Source of the DNA: Sphyrna mokarran
Lineage: Eukaryota
Direction: 5' to 3'
Length of the DNA: 64,000 bases
Assembly (NCBI GenBank): GCA_024679065.1
Contig: JAGIQG010000043.1
Coordinates: 1,054,001 to 1,118,000 of the forward strand
A program made the translations under genes and the position numbers. The notes beneath the pieces were generated by a model. That model ran no database searches, was not told where the DNA came from, and saw only the letters and a program-made list of their open reading frames with translations. Numbering within the stretch: the stretch's first letter is position 1; every line of letters starts with the position of its first letter. Shown here piece by piece: positions 51,601-64,000 of this stretch.

Positions 51601-54266
51601 ATCTTTGCAAATGTTGAAGCGTGAATATCAATTTATTATTCTATCTGTATAAATTTTGTCTGTCTTGATCTTGATAAACAGTAAACGTATAATTCAATAT
51701 CTTCTTTGTGATACTGCGATTTTTGTTGAGCTGGCAATGTCAGATATTTACATGCTTGTGTTCGCGGATGTCTGAAAGCACGGGTGAAAAAATACCACGC
51801 AGAAATGTTTGTTTGTGTCAGAACATGGACAAAATTAATCTGACAATTGTAATAGTCAGAGCAAGCTTTGAATTGGTAACGATTTGTCCTCCAAGAAAGA
51901 CAAGGCTGAAAGTGGGAAGGGGAGACAATGTAAACTTTAAAGATATGAAAAATAAGTCAGGTTCGACGCAAACAGTTTACTTCTATTCGTGTGGAGTCAA
52001 CAGAAATAACCACCAGGATGTTGGAGACTGGCGGCTGTTATGTAGAAGTGGGAGGAAATTCCTGTGAAACTTAACCATCAGCCCAGAATAGATGGCCCAC
52101 AGCCCGCTAGTCAAGAGGTGAATTATGACGCAAACATGACACAAAGACATAATGAGAAATATGTTGAGTGAAACCGTTACAAAGTTATTTGCAGCATTTT
52201 GAATCGTTCTTCATTGGGTACGTGTTTTCTTAAAACAAAATATAGTAGGGTGTTTGGAATTAATTCAATGCAACATTCTGCTGCCTCCTGTGCCCATTCG
52301 AATTCATTCCAGAAACAGTCCTGTTGCTGAATTGAGTAAGATTGCCTTTTCAACATAATTGGGGCGAGTTTTCATGTGTATTTGGCAGGCGCTAGTAAAT
52401 ATTTAACGTTGCAGACTGAGGGTCTTACCTTATGAGGAGCAAACGTTGAGCCATAATTCGCACCGTTCTGAAGTTTATCGTTCGCCATTTTTAACAGCAG
52501 CCGGTGCTCTCTGAAAAAGTGCATTTTCAACAGTCCTTCCAGTCCTCTGAGTTACCGCAGCCCACGAATATTGTATCGTCCTCGGTGGTGCTGCATCCCT
52601 TTGCATCAGTCATCCCCTGGAAGAGCGGAATTGTAGGGTTAGAACACTGAGCGAGTAAGCCACGCAGAAAATGAAGCCAATACCTACTTTTTATAATCAG
52701 AATTTCATGGTGAAAGAATGAATGGTTTGCAGCTGATCATGGGAAACAATCATCAATATATCCGTTGGAAGGTTCTGCTCCTCTGGGAAGTGGATGAGTC
52801 CACGACCACTGTTCAAAAAATCTCAGACGTTTTTTGTTTCTGTTCACATGCAAGCATAATCAATTTTGGAAAGGCCAGAGACATGCAGGACCGCAAGATG
52901 GAAGCACTTCATGTCTTAAATGGAGGCCACCTGGAGAGAGTCGAGGTGTCCAACCGATGCAGAGGGAATCACAATGTCCACTGTGTGTTAGGAACTATAG
53001 AGTTGTCCCACACCAGCCGAAAATATTCACTAAGAGACACTCACTTGAGTGGCAAGTGTTAGTCATTATTTCAAGATGGATAATTGCAAATACAAGCCCG
53101 ACAGATGGATAAATGTAAATGAAATTAATTAACGAATTATATTAAAATCGAATTTAATCGATGGTGAACATGACAATGTGATCGATCACTGTATTTTTTT
53201 TCCCCCGCAGGTGACTAACCGTCTATATCTGGTATTGCCTATCTCAGATACCAGAACAGTACCAGCGAATCGCTCGTTTCAGGGATAGAAAACAAAATCC
53301 GGCATTGCAATCAGTGCAAGGGCATAGAAAATGAAACTTTGTTATATCTGACCTGCAAACCCGAGTCAGGAAAACAGTACTTCATTTCAGTGCTTGCCCA
53401 AGAGACAATGTCACGTGGTCTCAAACATCGGAGAGGGGATATATTCAGTAACTCGAGAATATTCTATCTTGTAGTCACATTGTGGCTGATCTTTATTTTC
53501 ACTTCAGATACCTGTTCTGTAACTTGTATTCACCTCCTCAACAAGAAACATGTTGCAATTTTTCAAATTCCAACAGCTGTGACTCACCATACTCCGACAC
53601 ATATTCGCATTAACTGAGAGAGAATTTGCATAGCCAATTCACCTAGTATTTCGACTGTTGAACAGAACGGGAGCACCCAGAGAAAACACCGACACAGACA
53701 GTGACCCAAGGGGGGATCAAACCTGGATTGTTGACGCTGTAAGGCAGAAGTGCTAAATCTTGGCTCAGAATTCAAGCGAACTAAAATCACGGGGAATATA
53801 TTATTGAGGTATAACATCTGGCTGCCGAATGACTAACGCTTCAGTCAATCGTATCAAATGTTTCCTGACCTCCTTTCTCATGGCCCTCGTGCAAATACGA
53901 ATTTGCCCATAGGTGGAGCTGTATCACTTCAGTGCAAATGTTTCCAGCGAATATTGTAAAGTATATTTCTTTCATAGGTGGTCAACATAAATAATTACAA
54001 AATGACTTTAAAAGTACAAACTGATATTTGACGGGAGAGTGAGGGATTCACATTAAACTGATTTTGTGTTTTCAATATCAGATTTCCCTCGAAATGGCTG
54101 AAACTTCTCTCGTTCTTGTAAAGAAAACAGCTTAGGATAATCAAAACCAAATATTTGAAGGTGAAAATGGAATTTTTACAAGGCATTGTGAAGCTTTATT
54201 GCTCCTGATGTGGTTTAAAGTCACTCAGTAATATTTCAATACGCCAAGCTGTGTTCAATACGCTAA

Positions 54267-57200
54267 AGGGGGTCTAGAAAATGTCAGGGTCCTTGAATAA
54301 ACGCGTCCACTGTGTTCGTTGCCATATGTGGGCATTCTTGGATGCAGCACGTCTCCCGAAAGCCCACATTTGCACAAAGAGTTTAGAGTTGCAACGTTTG
54401 AGGGCTCGGGTGAGGCAGCTGGAGCTGAGATTGGAAGATATGTTTTTAGTCAGAGAGAATGAGGGGATAATGAATAGGGACCATTGTCCTGAGGGGACCC
54501 CAGGGCCTAGGAGGAGGGATGGGTGGGTTACAGATAGGAAGTGAAAAAAGAAAAGGAGTCACGGCATTAAGATCACCTCAGAGGAGGCATCCCAGAATAT
54601 CAAGGGTAGGGCAAAAGCTGAGGTAGAGAGGGCAACGGAGGGGGATCAGAATGCCCCGGAGGACGGCAGGAATGCGGGATGTGAGATGGTGGTGGGGGAG
54701 TTAAGGTCAAAGGGATCGACAGGCGGTTCTGTGGGCAAATGCGGGACTCCAGGATGGTAGTCTGCCTTCCTGGAGCAGGGGTCCAGGATGTTTCAGAGAG
54801 GGTAGAGGGAATTTTGAAGGGTGGAGGGTCTAAGGCTGATGTAATAGTTCACGTAGGAGAGAAGGATGTAGGAACAAAGTGCAGGGGGCACATACGTAGG
54901 CAGTTCAGGGAGTTAGGGGATCGGCTGAAGTGTAGGGCCTCCAGGGTGGCATTCTCTGGGCTGCTGCCAATGCCCGGGACTGATAGAGTTAGGAATAATG
55001 AGGTACTCCAACTAAATGCGTAGTTGAGGGATTGGTGTAGGGCAGAGAGTTTCAGATTCATAGACCATTGGGAATTCTTCATGAGGGAGGGGCATCTATA
55101 CAAGAGGGACGGGGAACAGTTGTCTAGGAAGGGCACCCATATTTTAGCTGGGAGGTTAGCTGGAGTGTTTTGGCAGGGTTTAAACTAATATGGAGGGTGG
55201 GTGGGGAGACAGAGGGAACTGGGAGAGGGAGAGAGATGGGTGACAGGGTAAGTCCAGAGGGTAGGAAGGAGGATCAGAGAGGGCCTGAGGGTCTTCAGTG
55301 CATGTGTTTTAATGCGAGGAGTGTGACTGGCAAAACAGATGAACTGAAGGTAATAATGTTCACGAGGAAGTTAGAAGTGGTGGCGGTGACTGAGACGTGA
55401 TTAAAGGAGGGGCAGGACTGGCAATTGAATATTCCAAGCTATAAGTGTTTTAGGCATGACAGAGGTGGTTTGAAGAGAGAAGGGGGAGTGGCGTTATTAG
55501 TTAAGGATCACATCATAGCAGTGCAGAGGGAGGGTGGTATGGATGATTTAGGAATTGAGTCGCTATGGGTGGAGTTGAGGAATAGGAAGGGAGTGGTTGC
55601 TATGTTGGGTGTGTACTACAGACCGTCCAACAGCCCGCGGGCCGTGGAAGAAGGGATATGCAGGGACATTTTAGATAAGTGTAGGAAGAATAGGCTGGTT
55701 GTAGGGGGAGATTTCAATTTCCCTGGGGTAGATTGGAAGGTGCTCAGAGCGGAAGGTGTGGACGGGGAGAAATTTGTACACTGTGTTTTGGAAGGGTCCT
55801 TGGAGCAGTATGTGGATAGCCCGACTACAGAGGGGGCTATGCTGGATTTGGTTCTGGGGAATGAGCCAGGGCAGGTGGTTGACGTTGTAGTAGGAGAGCA
55901 TGTGTCAAATAGTGACCACAACTCTGTCTGCTTTAGGATATTAATGGAAAATGATGAAGCCTTCCTTAACGGGAGGGTGTTAAACTGGGGGAGGGCTAGA
56001 CACAGCCAGATTAGGCAGGATCTTAAGGATACAGACTGAGATAAGCTGTTCGAGGGTAGGTCGACGCTGTACATGTGGGAGCCTTTCAAGGGAAAACTAA
56101 AATCTTTGCAGGAAAGACAAGTGCCGGTAAGGAGTAAGGATGGGAAAGGTAGGATTAGAGAACCGTGGGTAACTAGGGATATTGAGGGCTTAGTCAGGAA
56201 GAAGCGGGAGGCGTACGTTAGACCTAGGCAACTGGGGACAGAGACAGCGCTGGAAGAATATAGAGAGTGTAGACGGGATCTTTAAAGGGGTGTCAGAAAG
56301 GCAAAAAGGGGCCACGAAATGGCTTTGGCAGGTAGGATTAAGGAAAATCCTAAGGCATTTTACTCCTGTGTAAGGAGCAAAAAGATGGTTAGAGGAAAGA
56401 TTGGACCTTAGGGAATGGGGGAGATCCTGAATGAATACTTTGCGTCTGTATTCATGCAGGAAAGGGGCCTGATGTCTGGTTCCGGCTTTGAGAAATTTGA
56501 GGACCCCTTAAAGGAAATAATCATTACGACGGTACAGAGGGATAACCCAGGGAACTATAGGCCGGTGAGCTTGACTTCAGTTATAGGTAAGCTAATGGAG
56601 AGGATCTTCAGGGACAGGATGTATGAGCATCTTCAGCGCTGCAATCTGATCAGGGATACGCAGCATGGCTTCGTTAAGGGGAGGTCGTGCCTTACGAATC
56701 TAGTGGAATTTTTTGAAGAGGTGACAAAAACGACAAGCCGTTGATGTCGTCTACATGGATTTCAGTAAATGAAGCGTTTGACAAGGTTCCTCATGGTAGG
56801 CTGATAGAAAAGATTAAGGCGCATGGGATACAGGGCTAGGTATGTAGGTGAGTTGAGAACTGGCTTGGGAGGAGGAGACAGCGTGTAGTAGTGGAAGGCT
56901 ATTTTTCCAACTGGAGGTCAGTCACTAGTGATGTGCCACAGGGCTCAGTACGAGGACCTATTCTATTTGTGGTTTACATAAATGACTTGGAAGAGGGGGT
57001 AGGTGTTGTGATCAGCAAATTTGCTGATGACACTAAGATGCTTGGATTGGCGGGTACTGAGGAGCAGTGCCAGACAATACAACAGGACATAGATAGGCTG
57101 GTAGATTGGGCAGATAGATGACAAATGGAATTTAATCCGAATAAATGTGAGCTGATGCATTTTGGCAGGAATAATGTAGAGGGGAGTTATAGGATAAAAT

Positions 57201-58327
57201 GTAAAACTATCCGGAGTATAGAGACGCAGAGAGACCTGGGGGTGCAGGTTCACAAGTCTCTGAAGGTGTCAGTACAGGTGGAGAATGTGATAAAGATAGC
57301 GTATGGTATGTTAGCCTTCATAGGAAGGGGTATAGAATACAAGAGTAGGAGTGTGATGTTGCAAGTGTATAGAACGTTGGTTAGGCCTCACTTGGAGTAC
57401 TGCGTCCAGTTCTGGTCGCCGTACTACCGGAAGGATGTGGAGGCCTTGGAGAGAGTGCAGAGGAGATTTACCAGGATGCTGCCTGGTATGGAAGGGCTGT
57501 CTTACGAGGAAAGATTGAACGCACTGGGGTTGTTTTCCCTTGAAAGACGTCGGCTGAGAGGGGATCTATTAGAGGTATATAAGATTATGAGGGGTATAGA
57601 TAGAGTAAATGGTGGTAAGCTTTTTCCACCATTAGATTCGGATAGAACGAGGGGTCACGGCCTTAGGGTGAGGGGGGCTATGTATAAGACGAATATTAGA
57701 GGGCATTTTTTCACACAAAGGGTAGTGGGGGTGTGGAATGCACTGCCGAGTAAGGTGGTGGGAGCAGGCACGCTAGGGTTGTTTAAGGGTCTCTTGGACA
57801 GCCACATGAGCGGTCTGCAGATAGAGGGATATAGCAGGACTGTCTAAATATCTTATTTGTTTCCACAAGCAATTCGGTCCACCTTGTTGACCAACAAGGT
57901 GCATGCATTCGGCAGATCGTGCAAGGGCTGCTCTTGGATGTTGCTTCAGGAGTGGCCTAGTGCTTCAAGTCGTTAGTGTATGCTTAAACTGGACCATCTG
58001 ATGGGCAACATGACAGCTCAGAGACTATCGCTGTTGCTGTACAGACACATAGATTTGGGCCTGTGTCTGCAGGAGTTTGCGCGTTCTCCCCGTGGTTGCG
58101 TGGGTTTTCTCTGGGTGCTCCGGTTTCCTCCCACATCCCAAAAATGTGCTCTTACGCTGATTGGGTAACAAATTGTCCGTATATTGGTCCCTATATGGGA
58201 ATGTTCCACAATAGGCATAGCTAAAGTCATGGATATGTCATTAAGACGTTAGGACGGCGGCGCGGGCTCGTTGGGCCGAAGGGCCTGTTTCCCGTGCTGT
58301 GTTGCTCTTTGTTCTTTGTTGTTCTTT
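54267..58327 (+). mobile_element. Near full-length CR1 LINE, mirror of 14015-18075
   Basis: Same ORF1/ORF2 motifs; the C-terminal 240 aa (57125-57847) are open in this copy. Confidence 0.9.
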
Positions 58328-60947
58328 GCCAAGCTCTCTGATCTGGAACTTCAGTATTGAAAAGGGAATTAATAAAAAAAAACATGTTCGGTGCTGGTTG
58401 ACAAAACAGATGTTATTGTCCGGAGAAGAATGAAAGAATTAAAGACTATTGAGCCGAGCTCTTTTGGTAAGGAAACTGGAGGGAAAAAAGTTTGAGTGAC
58501 AGAACTAATTTCCATTTGGGGAGGTAAAGATTAAGAAAAGGATTCTCAGCATGTTTTTTTTCTCTCAACGGGAAATCATGCCACACGACTTCGACTGTTT
58601 TAATTTGAGGAGGTGACTAGGTAAGTAGTCACGGGCAGTGACATGGATTTCAATAAGAATTTTGAAACGGTTCACATGAGAGGCTGTTGAAGAAAATAAC
58701 AGCTCATGGGACCCAGCGAATTTTTCAACTGGCTGAGTGATAGAGTAACATCTTTGCATGGATAGAAGACTGGCTGGCTGGCAGAAGGCAGAGATTGAAT
58801 ATGAAAGAAACTTTTTTCAGGATGGCAGCCGGTGACTAATGCTGTGCCTCGGAGTTCGGTGCTGGCATGTCAAATTTTCACAATATACATTAACGATTTG
58901 GAAGAAGGAACTGAAAGCACTGTTGTTAAGTTTGCAGAGGATACAAAGATATGTAGAGGGTCAAGTAGTGTGGATGAAGCGGGGGAAGAGAGCTGCAGAA
59001 TGACGGATTGGTTAAGAGAGTGGCAATAGAAGCAGTGACTGGAATACAATGTGACAAAATGTGCCGTTATGCACTTTCGAAGGAGGAATGGAGGCAGAGG
59101 CTGTTTCCTAAATGAGGAAACGCTTCAGAAATCAGAAAAAAAAACACGAGCTTTGACAGTCCTTTTTCAAGCTTTTTTTCGGGTTAACGTGTAGCTTCAT
59201 TTAATAGTCAGAAAGGCAAAAGACTTGTTCGTGTCTATTTCGAGTGGGATAAAATACAAGATCAGGGATGCACTTCTGAGACTGGATATGGCTGTGGTCT
59301 GACCACTTTTGGAGTATTGTGAGCATTGTTGGTCCCATATTTAAGGAAGGATATGCTGTCTTAGAAAGGTTCCGGAGGAGTTTCATGCGAATTATCTCTG
59401 GAATAATAAGCTTGTGCTATGAGGAAATGTTGAGGACTCTAGGTGTGAACTCTTTGGAGTTCAGAAGGATGAGGGGTGATCCCTGCAGCAGTTGTGGACT
59501 CGCTAAGATTAAGGGCGTTTAAATGGCCATTGGATAGGCATATGGATAACATTGGACTAATTTAGGTTAGAGGGTCATAACATTAGTTTGATTGGTCGGC
59601 GCAACATCGAGGGCCAAAGGGCCTGTACTGTGCTGTAATGTTCTAAATTCTATGTTCCATCTTTTTGGCACTTAAATGATATTGGGGGGCCGTTGTAGTG
59701 GACACGATGTTTCCACCAGTAGGAAAGCTCGAACTAGACCTCAGACTGAAGGACCTTAGATCAGAGATGTCGAGTGATTTCTTCAGCCAGAGCATTGTGA
59801 ATCTGTGGAACTATTTCCCACAGAAAACTGTGGAGGTCAGGTCGTTGAGTTCCTTGAAGACACAAACAGATTGATTCTTGATTAATAAGTGGATTAGGCG
59901 GGAGAATGGGGATGAAACAAGAATGAATGGCGGAGCAGCCTCAATGGGCCGAGTGGCCGAACTCTGCTCCCATGCCGTATGGTCTTCCAGCTTTCCCCCT
60001 TCCCAACGTGCTCCATAATCAAGAGATTTTGATTTATTTGAACTCCAGGCATCAACACCAACTACTGACACTCCACAGATAGCACAAACCTTAACAAAGC
60101 CAAAACACAATCAATCGAAATCTCACCTGGAAACAAAAGCAACATCCCTCACGAGAATAGAACTTATTAAAAACATTGCAAAAGCATTGTATTTTGCAGA
60201 ACGCATTTGTTACATCAAGCACGCTCATAAATCCCCAAAAATAAAATTTCTTCCTAAATTGTTTGGGATCCCTCTTGGTTTATGTTTAGTGTGCCTTGCA
60301 CATATTCATATATTACAATGCGTAAGGTGCAAATGACAGAAGGGGATCATTCGGCCCATCAGCTCGGTGCCGTAATTAATATTTCATACATATCTCATCA
60401 TAATGCTTCTTCCTATCACCCTCTCAACACAGCGTTCTTTCTTTTTTCTCCCTGCTGCCTTCCCACCGCTTTTCCATTGAATTCATTTCATCTCACTCAT
60501 TTCCTGTTCTAGTGTGTTCCACATTCTTCCAACTTTTTGCCGCGGATAATACAATAGAAAATTCTGAAACCACGTATCAACAGTCTCCGAAACAGCATCT
60601 TCCCTGCTTGCCTGCCAACAGCGTTTTGGATGCGCCTGCCATATTTTAAGCTGATCTTTCTGTACACCTGAGCCATACTGGAAAAGTTTATCCTGCATCC
60701 TTTCATTTCCTTCTCCCCCATGTATTCTATGAACGGCTAGTTTTGTCCATATAAGACATGAGAAAAAAAAAACACGTTTCAGTGCATACTAATACACGTG
60801 ATAATAATGAATGAAATCAGACCATAGATCACAGAATACAGATGATCGAACCCCTGCAGTGCAAAAGGAGGTCTTTCGGTACTTCGAGTGCGCACGGCCC
60901 ACATCCCACCAAGGCGCTATCCCCGAAATCCCATGTATTTACTCTGA

Positions 60948-61498
60948 CAGGTCACCAGGCAAAACAGTTCCCTTCCTGTGGGCGAACACTTCAGCAGTCA
61001 TGAGCATTCGGCCTCCGACCTGCGGGTAAATGTTCTTCAAGGGGGCCTTCGGGACACACGACAGCGCAGAGTCGCTGAGCAGAGACTGATAGCCAAGTTC
61101 CACACACATGAGGACGGTCTTAATAGGGATCTTGGCTTCATGACACACTATCTGTAACCCCCGTAACTTGCCTGGGTTAGCAAAAAACCTCACTTACTGT
61201 GCTGTCTGGAGAAAATACACAATTCTCTAACCAATGCTCAGGATTCCCTTCACACACATTGTTAGCCACTTTAACACTTGAATAGCAGGTTAGATGTAAG
61301 GATTCGCATTCTAATCAGCAATCTATGACTGTCTGTGTTGGTATGAGTGCCATTGCAGACCAGAACACTGCACTTGCCTGACGAAGGCACATAGTGTCGA
61401 AAGCTGGCGAATTTACTACCAAATAAATTGTTTGGATTTTAAATTGGTGTTGTGAAACTTTACTGAGTTTACCCCAGTCCAATGCCGGCATCTCTACA
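60948..61498 (+). mobile_element. Penelope-like fragment, mirror of 10845-11395
   Basis: PVGEHF..RRVAEQRLI..GLNRDLGFMTHYL*; CTGACGA..GAAA core at 61378-61402. Confidence 0.75.
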
Positions 61499-62430
61499 TC
61501 AATTCTGCCTGTCACCAGGGACAAATTAATACGGCCAATCCAGCTAACCGGCACATTCTTGGACTGTGGGAGAAACGCAGTGTACATAGAGCGAACCCAC
61601 GCAGGTACAGAGAGAAATGTTCAAATTCCACACAGACAGTGACCCCTGCTGGGAATCGAAACCAGGTCACGCCAACTGCCAGGCAACAGTGGTAACCATT
61701 CTGAGACCGTGCCACCATCAACGTGCCATCATCAATGCCTGTGACAAAATTAAAACAAATGTGTGAACTCGATGGATATTTTGTGTTTGTTTGAATAGCG
61801 TGCAGGAAACAATATTATGCACTTTTTCCTAATACATGGGACCATAATAAATCAAGTACATTTACATTAAATCTGATCATATTTCACCCAATCTCTGAGT
61901 TCGCAATTACATTTATTAGTCGCTATTTTAATCAGGTGACCAATTCATTTGAAATCATACATGTGTCCTTTCAACAATTTCATACTTGCAGCATCTATTT
62001 CCTGTCAAGCCTCAATCTCCACTTATTTTACAGAAACTGGCTTCACTCTATTCAATATTCCCTGATATTTTGGAGCTATCAGTTTTGCTAGAACATTTGG
62101 GAAATCCTTAGAATAACGTTCCAATTGTTTCTTTAACCTCACCGGATTTTGAAGAACCGTGCTTTGCTCTCCAAGTTTGACTTAACTACTCTGAGTAGAT
62201 ACCTATGGTATTTAGCAAAGCATGTTCAGCTACGCCAGCACATTGACAATTAATAAACAGGAAAACGACAGACAGCTGTCTGCCTTGGTGCATTTTTTCA
62301 ACCACAATCGCATGTTTATTAACACACACAGGACGGAAATTTCACACTCCCTCACGCAGAGAGAAAAAGAGCGAGTTTTCAGTGAGATTCGGACCGGGGA
62401 CTCAGAGTCTCGCCGTTTGGGTCAAGGGCA

Positions 62431-62473
62431 ATGAGTTTCCTCGGCATCTGCGCATTGTTCCATCTGTTCCAAG
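62431..62473 (+). CDS. VJ-C1 gene copy B: leader exon
   Basis: ATGAGTTTC..TTCCAAG|gtgag, identical to copy A. Confidence 0.8.
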
Positions 62474-63565
62474 GTGAGATATCCTCATTATATTCAGATA
62501 GAGTGGAGAAGAATTTAAATTTGCTCATTAACAGTGAACAGTTTCCAATTCAAGTTTAGTTAATAACCATAGGAAAAAAATATGGAAGATGATCGATAAT
62601 TGTAAGGAGGGGGTACTGAACGCATTTTTCTTTAATGCATTGAGTTGTTATCATCTGGACGTCCTTTCTGAAAGGTGGTGAAAGCAGATTCAATAGAAAC
62701 TTTAAAAATTGGGGGATTGGTGAAATGAATCAAGGGACCAAGATTAGTTGTGATATTATGGGAAAGAAGAGGGAGAGTGACCAATTGAACAAAGAACAAA
62801 ACAACACGGGAAACAAGCCCTTCGGCCCAACGACCCGCGCCACCACCTCGATGTTCCCACTTCTACACACGATCCCTGTCCATGTTTATAGATCTATGGA
62901 TTAAAAACCAAATTTAATACAATTTAGGGAGAATTTGTTTTGCCAATTAGCCTCAGAGCACATCTTTGGGATGTGGGAGGAAACCGGAGCGCCCGGAGAA
63001 AACCCACGCAAGTACGGGGAGAATGCGCAAACTCCCACAGACACAGGCCCAAATCCATGTATCTACACAGCAGAGACATAGTCACTGAGCTGTCGTGTTT
63101 CCCATCAGATAGTCCAGATCATTGTTATCAAATAAGTCATTTGGCTTCATTTACACTATTGCGGAGCGGGTGGGTGTTGTTGTCTTTTAACTGACATTCT
63201 AAACACTTGAAGAAAAGTCAAGAGTCCGAAGTCAGCAGAGAAAAAAAAAAGGTCAACATGTGTTGGATGGGACAAAATAGCAGTGTATTCTGAAGTACTT
63301 CAATATATTTAATCCTTACTGTTCCCATATATGAACTTAAATGTTTACAATAGATTTTCTGGTGAATAGTCTTAGTTTGCTCACTGAAGAAAACAGCGCA
63401 AACAACACAATAGTGAGCGCGATTTTAAGTGTTCCTGTGCTGGGCACCTCGTCTTTTTTATCGTTGTTTCTCGATTTGTCACTACATTGGTATTTATTTG
63501 ACGAGGGCTGTTTTCAGGCAGGACAACTTATAATGACTCTTGTTCTTTCTCTCTCTCCTTCTCAG

Positions 63566-63904
63566 TCATATTATCTCATTCTATCTTGTCCCAGTCTCCA
63601 TCGGTTGAGACACTTCATGAGGGGCGCCCTGTTAAGCTGAACTGCTATGTCCGGGAGTCAGGAGCTACTGGAGTCTATTGGTATACGCAATCGCAGCGAA
63701 ACAAAATAAAATTGGTTCCCATTCATGACAAGTACGTCGAGGAAAACCAAGCCTTGTCAACAATGAATTCTGAAACAGTGGCTGTGTATTCACTGCTGAT
63801 TACAGATACGCGGAGAAATGATTCTGGGGTGTATTACTGTGCAATCCGCCATCTGAAAAAGGGACCACTGGTATTCGGAAATGGATCCAAGTTAATAATT
63901 AGAG
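63566..63904 (+). CDS. VJ-C1 gene copy B: VJ exon (gene continues beyond the window)
   Basis: Reverse complement of 8440-8778, apparently identical; splice sites intact. Confidence 0.9.
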
Positions 63905-64000
63905 GTAATTTTTGTCACTCTTCCCTTGAAGTAAACATTTCAATCGCAATTGAAACGCGTCCTGGTCTATCTGTTAATGGGCTCTCTCTGTTTTGCCGAA

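Larger units (their letters stand above)
37007..64000. repeat. Right arm of the giant inverted duplication
   Basis: Reverse complement of 8344-36961 minus the 25500-27113 insertion. Confidence 0.97.

Overview
Vertebrate genomic DNA, most likely a cartilaginous fish (inferred from the repeats: CR1-clade LINEs with (GTTCTAT)n/(TTGTTCT)n tails, HE1/V-type and SacSINE1-like SINEs, a Penelope fragment). (1) Almost the whole window (at least 8344-64000) is one giant palindrome with 27-28.6 kb arms and a 45-bp spacer at 36962-37006. (2) The palindrome duplicates, head-to-head, an immunoglobulin-superfamily gene built like a non-rearranging antigen receptor: leader / germline-joined VJ / C1 / TM with Arg / short tail, about 287 aa. 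It is complete on the minus strand (9912->3686); the second copy starts at 62431 and runs off the window. (3) The main novelty is a 1614-bp insertion present only in the left arm (25500-27113, minus strand, no target-site duplication, no credible ORF). It begins with the 28S rRNA sequence that precedes the R2 retrotransposon target site. It then carries an HDV-like ribozyme whose P1 partner is the 28S GGCGGG at -28, two further degenerate ribozyme-shaped units, a V-SINE and a structured 3' tail. I read it as a non-autonomous R2-derived element that inserted outside rDNA. (4) One LINE 3' end shows an ADAR-type A-to-G cluster, and a Penelope fragment carries a hammerhead-like core. All comparisons were made by eye, repeat boundaries are approximate, and an assembly artefact cannot be excluded for the palindrome.
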